A stretch of DNA of 62,357 nucleotides from Pseudomonas phage 20Sep420, in sequence record OQ319938.1. One strand, given 5' to 3'. The notes below the pieces were generated by a model, which was given only the letters and a program-made list of their open reading frames with translations, was not told the origin of the DNA and did no database searches. Shown here piece by piece: positions 42,403 through 53,400 of the stretch (positions within the stretch are counted from its first letter, which is position 1; each line of letters opens with the position of its first letter). The translations under genes were made by a program, and so were the position numbers.

Positions 42403-44313
42403 ATGAAGCTCCGACACTACCAGCAAGACGGCATCGATTCGTTCATCAACTACTTCATGAATGGCGGTACGGGAAACCCGCTCATGTGCTTCCCGACAGG
42501 AACCGGCAAGTCCGTCATCCTGGCAGGTTGTATTCGTGAAGTCCTTAGCCGATGGGCGGGCACTCGAATCCTGGCGCTGGTGCATGTGAAGGAGCTGGTC
42601 GGGCAGAACTACCGCAAGTTTGAGCAGCTGTGCCCCGATGTGCACGGCGGTATCTACTCGGCAGGACTTGGCGAAAAGCAAACCGAAGGCACCGTCATTT
42701 TCGGTGGCGTTGCCTCCGTCGTGAAGAAGATGGACGACCTCATGGCGACAGGTCCGTTCCATCTTGTGTTCGTTGACGAAGCGCACATGATTTCGCCGAA
42801 CGATGAGACGATGTATCGGAAGATCATCGAGCAAATCAAGGCAAAGAATCCGGCAGTGCGAGTGATCGGCCTGACTGCTACTCCGTGGCGTCCTGGCCTT
42901 GGTCGTATCGATGATGAAGGTGGCTTGTTCACCGAGACCATCTGCGACTGGACTTCGATGGAGAAGTTCAATCAGCTGATTACGGAAGGCTTCCTGTGCC
43001 CGCTCATTCCGTTCAGCACTGAATTGGTCCTCAACGTCGATGGCGTGAAGACTCGCGGCGGCGACTTCGTAGAGAAGGATTTGCAGGATGCGGTCAACCG
43101 CGACGAAATCACCCGTGCTGCACTGACCGAGTGCTTGCAGTTCAAGGACAGCCGCAAGTCCTGGCTAATCTTCGGTGCCGGTGTGGACCACTGCCTGCGC
43201 ATCGCCGAAATGCTCAACGAAATGGGCGTCAGTGCGCGTGCCGTGTGGTCGTCTCGCAAGGTCAAGATGGTTGGACCCGATGGCCTTCCGGTGGTCGATG
43301 AAGAGACGAAGAAGTTCAAGTATCAGACCATCAGCTGCCCGGATTCGGAGCGCGATGCCGCCATTGCAGATTTCAAGCGCGGTGACTTCCAGGCCATCGT
43401 ATCGAACGGCATCCTGACCACAGGGTTCGATCATCCGCCCGTCGATATGATCGTCATGTTGCGTCCAACCAAGTCGGTTACGCTGTGGATTCAGATGCTG
43501 GGTCGCGGTACACGTCCGTTCGATCCCATGCTGGTCGATCCGATGGAAATCAACATCAACTTCTTCAATCAGGCCAAGCTCAACACCCTGGTGCTGGACT
43601 TCGCACGCAACACCAAGCGCCTTGGCTGCATCAACGATCCGTACATCCCGAACAAGAAGGGCAAGGGTGGTGGCACTGCACCGATCAAGGAATGCCCGCT
43701 GTGCATGAACAACGTGCCTGCGTCGGCCAAGGTCTGCCCAGGTATCAAGGTAACTACCAACGAGCCGTGCAACTACGAATTCCCTGTGGCTACGGCAATC
43801 GAGAACAAGGCAAGCGAAGAGGAACTGATTAAGGGGAACATCCCCGAAGTCAACATGTTTCGAATCGACCACATCAGCTATGAGAAATACAGGAATCCAG
43901 CCAAGGGGACCTCGCTCAAAATCTCATACTCATGCGGCAATAAAACGATCAATGAGTTCGTCTGCATTGAATACGCTGATGGCGCCAGAAAGATGGCAGA
44001 GCGGTGGATGCGCGAAAACCTTGTTGGCGGGTTCGCTGCGTCGAAGACGATTCTGACGGTCAACCAATTGCTGAACGATCTTACTCAGATCAAGACGCCA
44101 ACCCATATTCGTGTCGTAACGAATGAGCGCTATCCGCGAATCGTTGGCCGGTGCTGGGACGGCAGCGGATTCGGAACGGAAGCTGAACCGACCCCCATGC
44201 CAGCTATTGACGGTAAGGGGGATATCATGGAAACTTTATCTCAACAGGCAGCGGCCTTCTTCAACAAGCCGACAGCCCCTTCCACTTACGATGACGACGA
44301 CATTCCTTTCTGA
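42403..44313 (+). CDS. SF2 DEAD/DEAH-type DNA helicase (ResIII-like) with a C-terminal zinc ribbon
   Basis: LRHYQ start, Walker A FPTGTGKS, VFVDEAH, and CPLCMN...VCPG. Confidence 0.75.
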   Translation: MKLRHYQQDGIDSFINYFMNGGTGNPLMCFPTGTGKSVILAGCIREVLSRWAGTRILALVHVKELVGQNYRKFEQLCPDVHGGIYSAGLGEKQTEGTVIFGGVASVVKKMDDLMATGPFHLVFVDEAHMISPNDETMYRKIIEQIKAKNPAVRVIGLTATPWRPGLGRIDDEGGLFTETICDWTSMEKFNQLITEGFLCPLIPFSTELVLNVDGVKTRGGDFVEKDLQDAVNRDEITRAALTECLQFKDSRKSWLIFGAGVDHCLRIAEMLNEMGVSARAVWSSRKVKMVGPDGLPVVDEETKKFKYQTISCPDSERDAAIADFKRGDFQAIVSNGILTTGFDHPPVDMIVMLRPTKSVTLWIQMLGRGTRPFDPMLVDPMEININFFNQAKLNTLVLDFARNTKRLGCINDPYIPNKKGKGGGTAPIKECPLCMNNVPASAKVCPGIKVTTNEPCNYEFPVATAIENKASEEELIKGNIPEVNMFRIDHISYEKYRNPAKGTSLKISYSCGNKTINEFVCIEYADGARKMAERWMRENLVGGFAASKTILTVNQLLNDLTQIKTPTHIRVVTNERYPRIVGRCWDGSGFGTEAEPTPMPAIDGKGDIMETLSQQAAAFFNKPTAPSTYDDDDIPF

Positions 44314-44325
44314 GAGAACTGAGCA

Positions 44326-44517
44326 ATGGGCAAGAGCGACAATTACAAGGTGAAGTTCGTCAACGAGAAGAACGTGGAGTGCGTTGACGGACAACCGAAT
44401 TTCACCCGCAAAGCTGCGAAGCATCGTGCCAAGCAGCTGGCGAACAACAACTTCAAGCTGACGGATTTCGTCATCGTCCATCCGGACGGCCACGAAGAAA
44501 TCCTCAGTCTGGAATAG
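44326..44517 (+). CDS. hypothetical basic protein, 63 aa
   Basis: Compact ORF. Confidence 0.45.
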   Translation: MGKSDNYKVKFVNEKNVECVDGQPNFTRKAAKHRAKQLANNNFKLTDFVIVHPDGHEEILSLE

Positions 44518-45035
44518 TATTGCTGAGGGGTGGTCTTCGAGCACCGGGGCTGACGATCTCGCCAGCCTACGCGTAGCACCTACAGGGACTCAGTGCTAAG
44601 TCCTTAATGATCCACCAGCATGCGTCAGTGTCCCCGTAGACATGCACTGGCGATAGCGACGACAACATGACGGGTTTTCAACGATTTTACCGTCATGTGA
44701 TAGCACCCGTGGAAGACCGTAATAATTTGCGCGGGATGGTGGATAGAGCAGGAAAGTGGCGACCTTGCCAGAGTAGGTTGCCGGTGCGGTGTGTAGCTTA
44801 GGCGAAAGCAGTGGTTGTCCGGGGTGCGCCAAACACCCAACTTGATCTAAACGGGACAAGGGACATAATTGGGTTGCCGCCCTTCCATCAACGCAGGTTC
44901 GACACCTGCCACACCGCGCCCTTTAGAAAACACCTTGATTCCGCAACGCACTCCCTGATCTACGTGATGGGACATAGTGGGCAAGTCGGCAGGGTGTTTT
45001 CCAAAGGGGAACGTCAACGGGACTGGAACCCTTAT
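44518..45035 (+). ncRNA. candidate structured noncoding RNA or leader
   Basis: No credible ORF on either strand. Multiple perfect hairpins, for example ACATGACGG...CCGTCATGT. A tRNA T-arm-like GCAGGTTCGACACCTGC. Ends at a strong terminator. Confidence 0.35.
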
Positions 45036-45067
45036 GCCCGCCTAGTCTATGATTGGGCGGGCTTTTT
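45036..45067 (+). terminator. rho-independent terminator
   Basis: GCCCGCC, a 13-nt loop, GGCGGGC, then TTTTT. Confidence 0.65.
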
Positions 45068-45087
45068 ACATGACCACAGGAGGATGT

Positions 45088-45204
45088 ATGGAAGACCATG
45101 AGTGTCAAGAGTGCGGGCTGACAATCGGCGAAGGCGAGTACGAAGAGAACAACGGTGTATGCGACTTCTGCTTCGAAGAATTCGGCGAGGTCTACGATGA
45201 TTGA
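45088..45204 (+). CDS. zinc-ribbon micro-protein, 38 aa
   Basis: AGGAGG RBS at 45078-83. CQEC...CDFC. Overlaps the start of the downstream gene by 8 nt. Confidence 0.35.
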   Translation: MEDHECQECGLTIGEGEYEENNGVCDFCFEEFGEVYDD

Positions 45205-46177
45205 CGAACTGAAGTTCGTACAGGGTGCTGTCGGTAAAACCGACATGCTGGCGCAGATGACCCACTTCTGCATCGAGAACCGGCAGATCAGGGCAACCAA
45301 TGGCCGCATCACGATTGGCGCACCGATTGCGTGTGATCTGACTGTGAAGCCGAAGGCCGACAAGTTCGTGGCTGCGATCACCCAGGCCGAAGGAACCGTG
45401 TCGCTGACTGTGAATCAGGCCGGTAAGCTGGTCGTAAAGTCCGGGCGCATGAATGTTCGCATCGACTGCCTGACAGAAGACTTCCACTACCCGCGCCCCG
45501 ATGGCATCGCCCGACAGATCGACGGGCAGGGCCTGCGGAAGGCCCTGGATACGCTCAGGCCGCTCGTTGCGGAGCGCCGGGCACCGCAGGAGTGGGCGAA
45601 GGGCGTGCTGCTTCGTGGGGCCTCTGCGTTCGCCACGAACGGGCATGCGGTCGGCCAATACTGGATCGGCACCGAATTCCCTGGGGAAGTCGTGATCCCG
45701 CTGGATACTGTGGCCGAAATCCTTCGCATCAAGGAAGCGCCCAAGCACGTCCAGATCGATAACAGCAGCATGACCTTCCATTACGAAGGTATGAAGTGGG
45801 TGCGTACTGCACTTCTGGCTGCGCGATGGCCTGAGAACTCTGCTATCGAAGCCATGTTCGCCAAGGAACGGGGCAACTACGTGCCGATTCCGAAGGAGGC
45901 GTTCGAGACCGCGAAGAAGCTGAAGAAGTACATCGAAGACGATGGGTTCTTCTACATGGATCGCGGCGAATTCCGAAGCCACCTGGGCGGGGATGAAGGC
46001 GCTACCATCGCCATCGACTTTGCCCCAGGACTGTTCCGTCTGAAGTTGCAGGACTTCCTTGATATGGAAGAATACGCAACCGAAATGGAATTCAATGAGT
46101 GGGGTAACAACGTTCCGCTGTACCTGCGCGGTGGGATGTTCCGGGGAGCGGTGCAGACCGTAAACCCGAATTTCTAA
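45197..46177 (+). CDS. sliding clamp (DnaN-like) processivity factor candidate, 326 aa
   Basis: The N-terminal domain pattern resembles the beta clamp (NGRITIGAPIA...GKLVVKSGRMNVRIDCLTEDFHYP). Adjacent to polB. Confidence 0.4.
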   Translation: MIDELKFVQGAVGKTDMLAQMTHFCIENRQIRATNGRITIGAPIACDLTVKPKADKFVAAITQAEGTVSLTVNQAGKLVVKSGRMNVRIDCLTEDFHYPRPDGIARQIDGQGLRKALDTLRPLVAERRAPQEWAKGVLLRGASAFATNGHAVGQYWIGTEFPGEVVIPLDTVAEILRIKEAPKHVQIDNSSMTFHYEGMKWVRTALLAARWPENSAIEAMFAKERGNYVPIPKEAFETAKKLKKYIEDDGFFYMDRGEFRSHLGGDEGATIAIDFAPGLFRLKLQDFLDMEEYATEMEFNEWGNNVPLYLRGGMFRGAVQTVNPNF

Positions 46178-46228
46178 ACAGCAGTAAGCCGCTACGTCCC
46201 GGCAATAGGACTTTATTGGAGAAGTAAA

Positions 46229-48436
46229 GTGGGACTGTTTTTCGAGACACCTGAGCGAAAGAAAACCATCAAGGTCCAGCCTCCGGAGCCAGTGTGGCTA
46301 CGGGATGACTACCTTCCGAACCTGGAAGAGGCCCGCACCCTGAAGGACGTTTCGTTCCTTCCGGAAGCCGAACTGTGGATGAGCAAAGCCCCGCTCATCT
46401 TCGATATTGAGGTTATGCCGAACTACGTCGAGTTCGGATTCATGGACGATGATACGGGGCGCGTTTACGTGGAAGAGTCCTCGCCGACAGGGGACGACCC
46501 GTTCTGTAAGAACATCAATTGGGACAAGCTCGAATGGGTGATGAAGAATCGTCTCACCATCGGCTTCAACTCCAAGTCGTTCGACTTGCCGGTAGCGCTG
46601 GTTGGCCTGCATCACCGTCGTATTGAGGCAATGCGCGAAGCTACCAAGATGCTGATTGAGGATGACATGCGCGTGCATGAAGTCCTGGCGCATTTCGGTA
46701 TCGATCCGAACCAGCTTGATCTGTTCGACCATATCGACTTGATCGAAGTGGCGCCGCTTGACGGCTCGCTGAAAATCTACGCCGGTCGAATCATGATCGA
46801 GAACATGATGGACTTGCCGTTCCTTCCGAACCGCTGGCTTTCCAGTGACCACAAGTCGATCATCCGCTACTACAACATTGCGCGAGACTTGCCATCCACG
46901 CGTGCGTTGTTCAACGTGCTGAAGCCGCAGATGGAACTGCGTGTGAAGATGAGTGCTGAATACGGCATTGACCTTCGCAGCAAGTCCGATGCGCAGATCG
47001 CAGAACACGTCATTAAGCATGAACTGCGCAAGATTCTCGGCAAGGTGCCGAAGCGGGCAGAGATTCCCGCAGGTACGCGTTACAAGTACGAAGCGCCGGA
47101 CTACTTGCAGTTCACCTATGGTCCGTTCATCAACGCCTTCAATACCATCAAGAACGCCGACTTCTACATCACGGAGTCGGGCGGATTTGAAATGCCGAAG
47201 GAGATTGCGGACCTCGTTCTCGAACTAAATGGCCTGGGCTTCACGATGGGTCTGGGTGGTCTGCACAGCACTGAGTCCTGTGCGGCGCATCGGGATGACG
47301 GCGAATACCAGCTGTGGGACTTTGACGTTACATCCTACTATCCATCCATCATCCTGCTGCTGAAGCTGTTCCCGCCGAAGCTCGGCGAAGCATTCCTACA
47401 CGTTTACCGCAAGCTGGTGAACGACCGAGTGAATGCGAAGAAGAATGGCATGACGATCATTGCTGACAGTCTGAAGATTGTTATCAATGGATCGTTCGGT
47501 AAGCTCGGAAGCAAGTGGTCGTCCTTGTATGCACCGCTTCTGATGATTATCGTCACGATCACCGGACAGCTTTCGCTGCTGATGCTCATCGACATGCTGA
47601 ACCAAGTCGGCATTCGCACGGTATCGGCCAACACCGATGGTGTGGTCATGAAGCCACATAACAGCCAGATCGCGGATATGCACGCAACCATCAAGGAATG
47701 GGAACGTCGCACGAAGTACCAAATGGAAGGCACCCGGTACATGGGCCTTTACTCCCGCGACGTTAACAACTACTTCGCAGTTAAGGCAAAGTTCTGCAAG
47801 GAAACTGGTGACTTCATTCGTGAGATCGATGGCGCTAAGACCAAGGGCGCGTACTACAACGCATTGTCATCAAAGAACGCATCCGACCAGCTGAAGAAAA
47901 ACCCAACAAACATCATCGTGTCAGAAGCTGTGGAAGCCTACCTGACCACAGGGAAGTGGGTGCGTGAGACTATCGAAGAGTGCGACGATATTCGCAAGTT
48001 TGTGACTGTGCGCTCAGTCAAGGGTGGAGCTGTCTACCTCACGAACTATGATCCGCCGAAGCACGCCAGCAAGATGGCCCTGATCGAACAGGCAGGATTC
48101 ATCGTCAGCAGCGAGAACGGAATGATTACTCATCCCGACTTCATGCAGGACGGATTCCCTTCGACGGTGTTCACCCTAAACGACGCCTACAACAGGGCCT
48201 TCAAGGCGCTCTCATCACACGACACGGAGTACCTGGGTAAGTCGATCCGCTGGTATCAGGCGAAGGCTGCGCTCGGCTCCCTGGTGAACGCATCGTCCGG
48301 CCACGCAGTACCGGATTCGGAAGGTGCCAAGCCGCTAATGAGCCTCCCCAAGTCGTTGCCGTGGGACTTGGATAAAGAGTGGTATGTCGCACGTGCTGAA
48401 CGAGTTCTGAAGGAGATTGGCATTGTCCTTGACTGA
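46229..48436 (+). CDS. family B DNA polymerase with 3'-5' exonuclease
   Basis: Exo I FDIE. Motif A DFDVTSYYPSII, motif B KIVINGSFGKLG, motif C SANTDGV. GTG start with a GGAGAAG RBS. Confidence 0.8.
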   Translation: MGLFFETPERKKTIKVQPPEPVWLRDDYLPNLEEARTLKDVSFLPEAELWMSKAPLIFDIEVMPNYVEFGFMDDDTGRVYVEESSPTGDDPFCKNINWDKLEWVMKNRLTIGFNSKSFDLPVALVGLHHRRIEAMREATKMLIEDDMRVHEVLAHFGIDPNQLDLFDHIDLIEVAPLDGSLKIYAGRIMIENMMDLPFLPNRWLSSDHKSIIRYYNIARDLPSTRALFNVLKPQMELRVKMSAEYGIDLRSKSDAQIAEHVIKHELRKILGKVPKRAEIPAGTRYKYEAPDYLQFTYGPFINAFNTIKNADFYITESGGFEMPKEIADLVLELNGLGFTMGLGGLHSTESCAAHRDDGEYQLWDFDVTSYYPSIILLLKLFPPKLGEAFLHVYRKLVNDRVNAKKNGMTIIADSLKIVINGSFGKLGSKWSSLYAPLLMIIVTITGQLSLLMLIDMLNQVGIRTVSANTDGVVMKPHNSQIADMHATIKEWERRTKYQMEGTRYMGLYSRDVNNYFAVKAKFCKETGDFIREIDGAKTKGAYYNALSSKNASDQLKKNPTNIIVSEAVEAYLTTGKWVRETIEECDDIRKFVTVRSVKGGAVYLTNYDPPKHASKMALIEQAGFIVSSENGMITHPDFMQDGFPSTVFTLNDAYNRAFKALSSHDTEYLGKSIRWYQAKAALGSLVNASSGHAVPDSEGAKPLMSLPKSLPWDLDKEWYVARAERVLKEIGIVLD

Positions 48437-48641
48437 CGAAATCGGCGTGCGTAAAGTATGCCTCGTTGTCACCGACACGCAGATTGTAGCGCTGGCAGCG
48501 GCAGTAGCTGCCGCCACCGCTCAGTACGCAGCGTCGGCTCGCTGTTCCAGCTGTTCCCAGCCTGACCGGGACCGGCTCAAAGCGAGAAGCGAAAGCTTAC
48601 GGAAGCTGTACGAAGACTTAACTTCCGAAGAAAGTAGTTGA
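48417..48641 (+). CDS. hypothetical Ala-rich protein, 74 aa
   Basis: Overlaps the polB end. Weak. Confidence 0.3.
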   Translation: MALSLTDEIGVRKVCLVVTDTQIVALAAAVAAATAQYAASARCSSCSQPDRDRLKARSESLRKLYEDLTSEESS

Positions 48642-48735
48642 CAGACGCGAAACACCTCTCTAAGATTCAAGTCCTCGGAACAACATCGTTCCCAACCCCG
48701 GCGGAATAAACCGCCACCTGCAAACGGAGTTACAC

Positions 48736-49140
48736 ATGAGCCAGTTCACCATCGCCCCCGTCGCAATCCCGCAGAAGTCGGTCTCCATCGCCCCGCGTGA
48801 CAGCCAGTACCCGGTCAACGAAATCATCGCCGCTGGCCTGGGCAACGGTTTCGCCGTCGAACTGCGCGACAAGGACGGCAACGTGCCGGAAGGCGAGGCC
48901 CTGAAGAAGCTGACCTCGCAGAAGCAGTCGCAGTTCAGCCAGCTGGCCGCGACCCGTGGCGTGACCTTCACCACCCGCGCCCTGGACGAAGCCTCCGCCG
49001 CTGCCTTCGGCGTTACCCTGCCCGCCCTGGGCGTGTGGTACACCAAGGCCGAGCGCGCCGAGAAGAAGACCAAGGCCGTCCCGGCTGTCCCGGCCGCTCC
49101 GGAAGCCGACGCCGGTGTCCCGGAAGTCCCGACCCTGTAA
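48736..49140 (+). CDS. hypothetical protein, 134 aa
   Basis: Strong RBS ACGGAG. Followed by a terminator. Confidence 0.5.
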   Translation: MSQFTIAPVAIPQKSVSIAPRDSQYPVNEIIAAGLGNGFAVELRDKDGNVPEGEALKKLTSQKQSQFSQLAATRGVTFTTRALDEASAAAFGVTLPALGVWYTKAERAEKKTKAVPAVPAAPEADAGVPEVPTL

Positions 49141-49165
49141 GTGCCGGCCTAGCGCCAAGCGATAA

Positions 49166-49195
49166 GAAAAAGCCCCCGATTTCGGGGGCTTTTTC
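49166..49195. terminator. bidirectional intrinsic terminator at a convergent junction
   Basis: AAAAAGCCCCCGATTTCGGGGGCTTTTT. Confidence 0.7.
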
Positions 49196-49199
49196 TTGC

Positions 49200-49409
49200 T
49201 TAGGATTCGGTGGTCGGTTCGGGCTGCGGTTCGGCCCTGGTCACAGTGAAGGTGTAGACCTCGCCCAGTTCCTGCTGGTTGGCCTCATCCTTCGGCACGC
49301 GAATCTGGAACTGCGGGTACGTACCATTGGTCGGAACGTAGGTCAGCATTGCGGTTCCACTGAACATGGTGTCGCGGTAGTCCTGGGTCAGCCGGGCTTG
49401 GAATTGCAT
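49200..49409 (-). CDS. hypothetical protein, 69 aa
   Basis: Last gene of the tail-fibre operon. Confidence 0.4.
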   Translation of the reverse strand: MQFQARLTQDYRDTMFSGTAMLTYVPTNGTYPQFQIRVPKDEANQQELGEVYTFTVTRAEPQPEPTTES

Positions 49410-49448
49410 GGTGGTTCTCCTTCAGGTTGGTACTGCTAGTGTGGTCAT

Positions 49449-50156
49449 CTAGTGACCGGTTACATCGACGTAAATAAATGCGCCGTTTTGAATGATATTC
49501 TGTGGAGTAGGCATTCGTATTTCGCCCTTTGACGGACTGAAAACATAGATGCCCCCGCCTGGGTTGTATACGCCATCGCTGGTGGCCCCATACCAGTAGC
49601 TGAGAGTTCCAGTTCCGAGAGGGCGCGAGTATCGTGCCGATTGAATAGCTGCGATCTGGCGACCTGGGGGAATTGTGAAGCCTTCGTTGCCTGGGAATGT
49701 GCCGACATTGACGCTTCGCTGGGATACGCCAACAACCCGCATCGGCTTACTTCCGCTACTGTATGCGTGAGAACCGTCAGGTAGATACAGTTCAATCCCT
49801 GAGTTTGTGCCAGTCGGAACGAATGAGTCATACACCCACAACCGTCCAGCGACTCGGTTAGAGAAAGCCGATAGTGCCCGGACTAGCCAGTTCCCATTTC
49901 CCTCGTTGACCAGCTGCATGCCCACAGAGGGCACTGAATTGTTCGCGCCACCGTAGTTGCCTAGGTGTGACACCCAAGCTACCATGGGTGTGTTCGCCTG
50001 GAATCGAATATGAGTCTCACGGGTAACGAAATTACCCGACTGCCACACAACTGCCCCGGTGTCGTTGAAATCAATCCGGTGCCTCAAATGGAATGCCCGG
50101 AAGTCAGCACTAAGCTGTGCATATCCGGTTTCAGTCCACGCTTCAAATCCGCTCAT
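49449..50156 (-). CDS. tail fibre or receptor-binding associated protein, 235 aa
   Basis: Gly/Ser/Asn-rich, beta-rich. Lies downstream of the J-like gene. Confidence 0.45.
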   Translation of the reverse strand: MSGFEAWTETGYAQLSADFRAFHLRHRIDFNDTGAVVWQSGNFVTRETHIRFQANTPMVAWVSHLGNYGGANNSVPSVGMQLVNEGNGNWLVRALSAFSNRVAGRLWVYDSFVPTGTNSGIELYLPDGSHAYSSGSKPMRVVGVSQRSVNVGTFPGNEGFTIPPGRQIAAIQSARYSRPLGTGTLSYWYGATSDGVYNPGGGIYVFSPSKGEIRMPTPQNIIQNGAFIYVDVTGH

Positions 50157-50459
50157 TTAAGCCCATCCGTAATAAACTAGACACGGTACAAGTTGGTATT
50201 GTGGAACACCATCACCGCGAGTATCGGCACCCCAAATCATACGACCGTTTTCATATCGAATCTGCGGCAGACGCAAGTCCCAATTTGCAGGAGGGACGAT
50301 TACATAAATGAAATCGCCATCCAGTTTTGTGACTGGTATGGAATTACCGTGGACGCTATCTGTCCAGGCCATCCCTGTTAGACCACCCGTTCGGGTGGTC
50401 ACATCCAGTTCCAGGGTTCCGCCGCCATCAAAGCACTGAAGACCAGTGGGCATCACCAA
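50157..50459 (-). CDS. tail fibre associated protein, 100 aa
   Basis: Its start overlaps the J stop. Confidence 0.45.
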   Translation of the reverse strand: MVMPTGLQCFDGGGTLELDVTTRTGGLTGMAWTDSVHGNSIPVTKLDGDFIYVIVPPANWDLRLPQIRYENGRMIWGADTRGDGVPQYQLVPCLVYYGWA

Positions 50460-53400
50460 ACTCCCATTCGAACGCGAAGGACGCCGTTGCCATCATACAC
50501 GCGCCAGTTGCCATCCGAAAACTCCGTTCGTGCGCCGCCTTCCGGTTTGCTGATGCGGAACACGTCAGCGATAACGTCGAAGGAGGAAACGGTATTCTGC
50601 ATGGAGAGCTTCAGACCAGCAATGCGGTTGTCAGTCCGCATGTTGATTTCCCAGGAAGCTCGGGATTCCAAACCACCAGCATTCCAACCTGATGGCTTGG
50701 TCTGCGCTTCGGGAGATTCTTCAAGCATCGGTTGGACCCATCGCAGGAATGAATTACCTGCTTGTCCTGCCCTACTCTTGAAGATGACACGAGCATAAGC
50801 TGTACCGGCTGGAGCCTTACCGCGAACGTAAGGACGAACGTATCCGGGAAAACCACCGCCGCCAGGAGGGGTAATCTCGGAAGTGCTCATTATTCCCAAC
50901 GTATGATCATCCCATCGCTTCCATTCGATAGTGATTTGAGCGAAGCGAAGAGAGCCTGACACATAGGCCGAAACCATGTAGTCATTGCCTTCCTTAACCG
51001 GAACATCGAGCCAACTCCACACGCTACCAGCCTTATTCAATACACCGGCCTGAATCAGCGCGAAGCATCCGTAAGGGATACCACTATCGTTATACCACTG
51101 TCCCTGATAGTTGTTATAACCCGTGACGCCATCAGGGGACCAACCTCCCATTCGATTTGCAATAGCTGTACCGTCAGCGAAGCTAGCGTTTTGCATCAGA
51201 TTGGTATTGCCGACCGTGGAAACGCTAGCTTCAATGCGCTGGACAACACTAGCGTCAGCCTTACCGTCAACGGACGCTACAACACCATCGACTCGCTGGG
51301 AGAGGGTAGTGGTCGTGTCCTTCGTCTGCTTGATATCGGACTGCATCTGCGTCCACACGGACGAGTTGAAGTCACCCATCTTGGTATTCAGCTGGGTAAT
51401 GGCCTGTGCGTTGGCACTGGCGACACCTTCAACGGTCTGAACCCGTGTGGTCAGGCCGCTGACAGCACTTGCAGTCGCATCAATAGCAACAGCATTGGTG
51501 ATATCGTATGCCGAAATACTGTCGATTCGAGTAACACCGCCATTCGGGTACTGGTATACCTCGATCATGTACCCATTGGTGCCACCTGGGAACGCATCGA
51601 AGTCGTAGTTCTTAGTATCGAATGCCGCACCGACGTTGAACGTGTTAGTACGATCTTGATATGCGGTCTGGTTCGCAGTGTTTCGACGGTTAAGTCGAAC
51701 CATGATGTTGCCAGTGCCGCTAACGCCACGCGCCCGGATGACCACACGAATGCGGCGAGTGTTGGCTTCCAGGGCCTGCCACTTGGCATTGTTCGCACGG
51801 ATACCCGGATTCGCAGCAGTGGACTTGTTCAGTTCCACACCCGGTCGGCCATCACCGTAAGTCGCATCCCACTTGACACCGGCATTGTTCTGCCCGTTCA
51901 TTACCCACGGAGCAAGCCCACCGTCGAACCCTGGGTTGACGATCAGGTTGTCGCCCATCGACAGGAAACCATTCATGCTGGTTTCAAGGGTGGTGATCTG
52001 CTGTGCCTGCGCGTCAACCTTGTTACCAACACGCTCGACTTCGGTCGTAAGGCTGCTTACCGCATTCGCTGCGGCAGTAGCGTCCTGTTGTGCCTTCTCT
52101 GCGTCGGTAATGTCCTCGTAGGTCAAGTCGTCAACATCGATCAAGATGCCGTTTTCGCGACCAGATGCCGGGACACCCAGGAACATGCGCCACCGGTCAG
52201 CAGCACCGCTCGTTTCCATGACGTTCTGGACACGAACCCACTGACCCTTCGATGCCACAAGCGTCGAAAGGTTGATGTTTGCTCGCGGCCAATTGGACGA
52301 TGTGCCGTTAGCATCTTGGCTATGCCAGCCACAACCGAATGTGGTTGTGGTCGGATCAGCACTATCCGAACGCAGTCGAATGTAATAGGTCACTCGAATG
52401 CGACGACGCGCCTGTACTGGAATGTACTCCCCAATGTAAAGGTCTGCGTTCGAAGAATTGCCTTGGGCAATGCTGATACCAAGACCAATCTTTCCTGTTC
52501 GACGCGAAGCTGCCCGATAGGTAAAGGTCGTGCCACCAGCCTGTGCGCCGGTAGCTTGCTCGCCATCAGTACCCTGTTCGAACGAACCCATCGGGAACAG
52601 GTTGTTGCCACCATTGATGACAACTCCGACCTGCGAGTTAAGCTTTACTATGTTCTGCGCGTTGGCATTGGTCGTGTCGCCAATGGTCTTGACGCTAGCC
52701 TGCAAGGAACTGATCGCACCGGCGTTGGCATCAATCCGACCTTCCTGGGTGATATCGAAGGCTTCGAATCGGTCAATTGCGATTGCCGTACCAATAGCGT
52801 TGTCCGCGCCCAGGTGCAATTCGCCCATGATTTCATTGCGATCATCGCCAATAGGATGCACGACGGTGAAACGCTGCCAATCCGGGGTTACGGTAACGAA
52901 CTGGTCGTTATTACTTTCACCGGCACCGCTACGAACGCGAAGACGGATAAGCAGTCGAGAATTCCCACCAGTCAAGCTACGAGCAATCACGGTCTGCTGA
53001 ATGCGACGACCCAGCGGGCCAACTTCAATGCTGGTCCATGTACGCAGGTTGGATGCGACGGCAGCACTCACGGTGCCAGTAATGCGTTCCATTTTCAGGG
53101 CGGAACCCTGCTGACCACCACCGGATACCCAGGTCACATTCGAACCAGTGATAGCAGCCCACGGGTCGATCCCGTACATAAATGTCGGGTTCTGCCACAT
53201 GTTGCTGCCAGAACCAATGAGGGCGATGTTCGACTTGGCAGTCAGCGAAGTGACGGATTCCGCCATCGACTCGACCTTACCTTCCGTCTCGGCGACACGT
53301 GTGGTCAGGGACTGCACAGCTTCCGCTGCTGCGCTGGTAGCAGCCGACAGGCGAGCGTTGTCGCCTTGCTGCATCGGAACACCGCCAAGCAGGCTGAAGG

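Noticed and set aside
44518-45035. The idea that the noncoding region is a tmRNA, RNase P RNA or degenerate tRNA gene.
   Set aside because: The 5' GGGGCTGA and the T-arm-like GGTTCGACACC looked suggestive. However the putative acceptor strands do not pair, and the conserved RNase P P4 and tmRNA tag-frame features are absent. I kept it only as a generic structured-RNA candidate.
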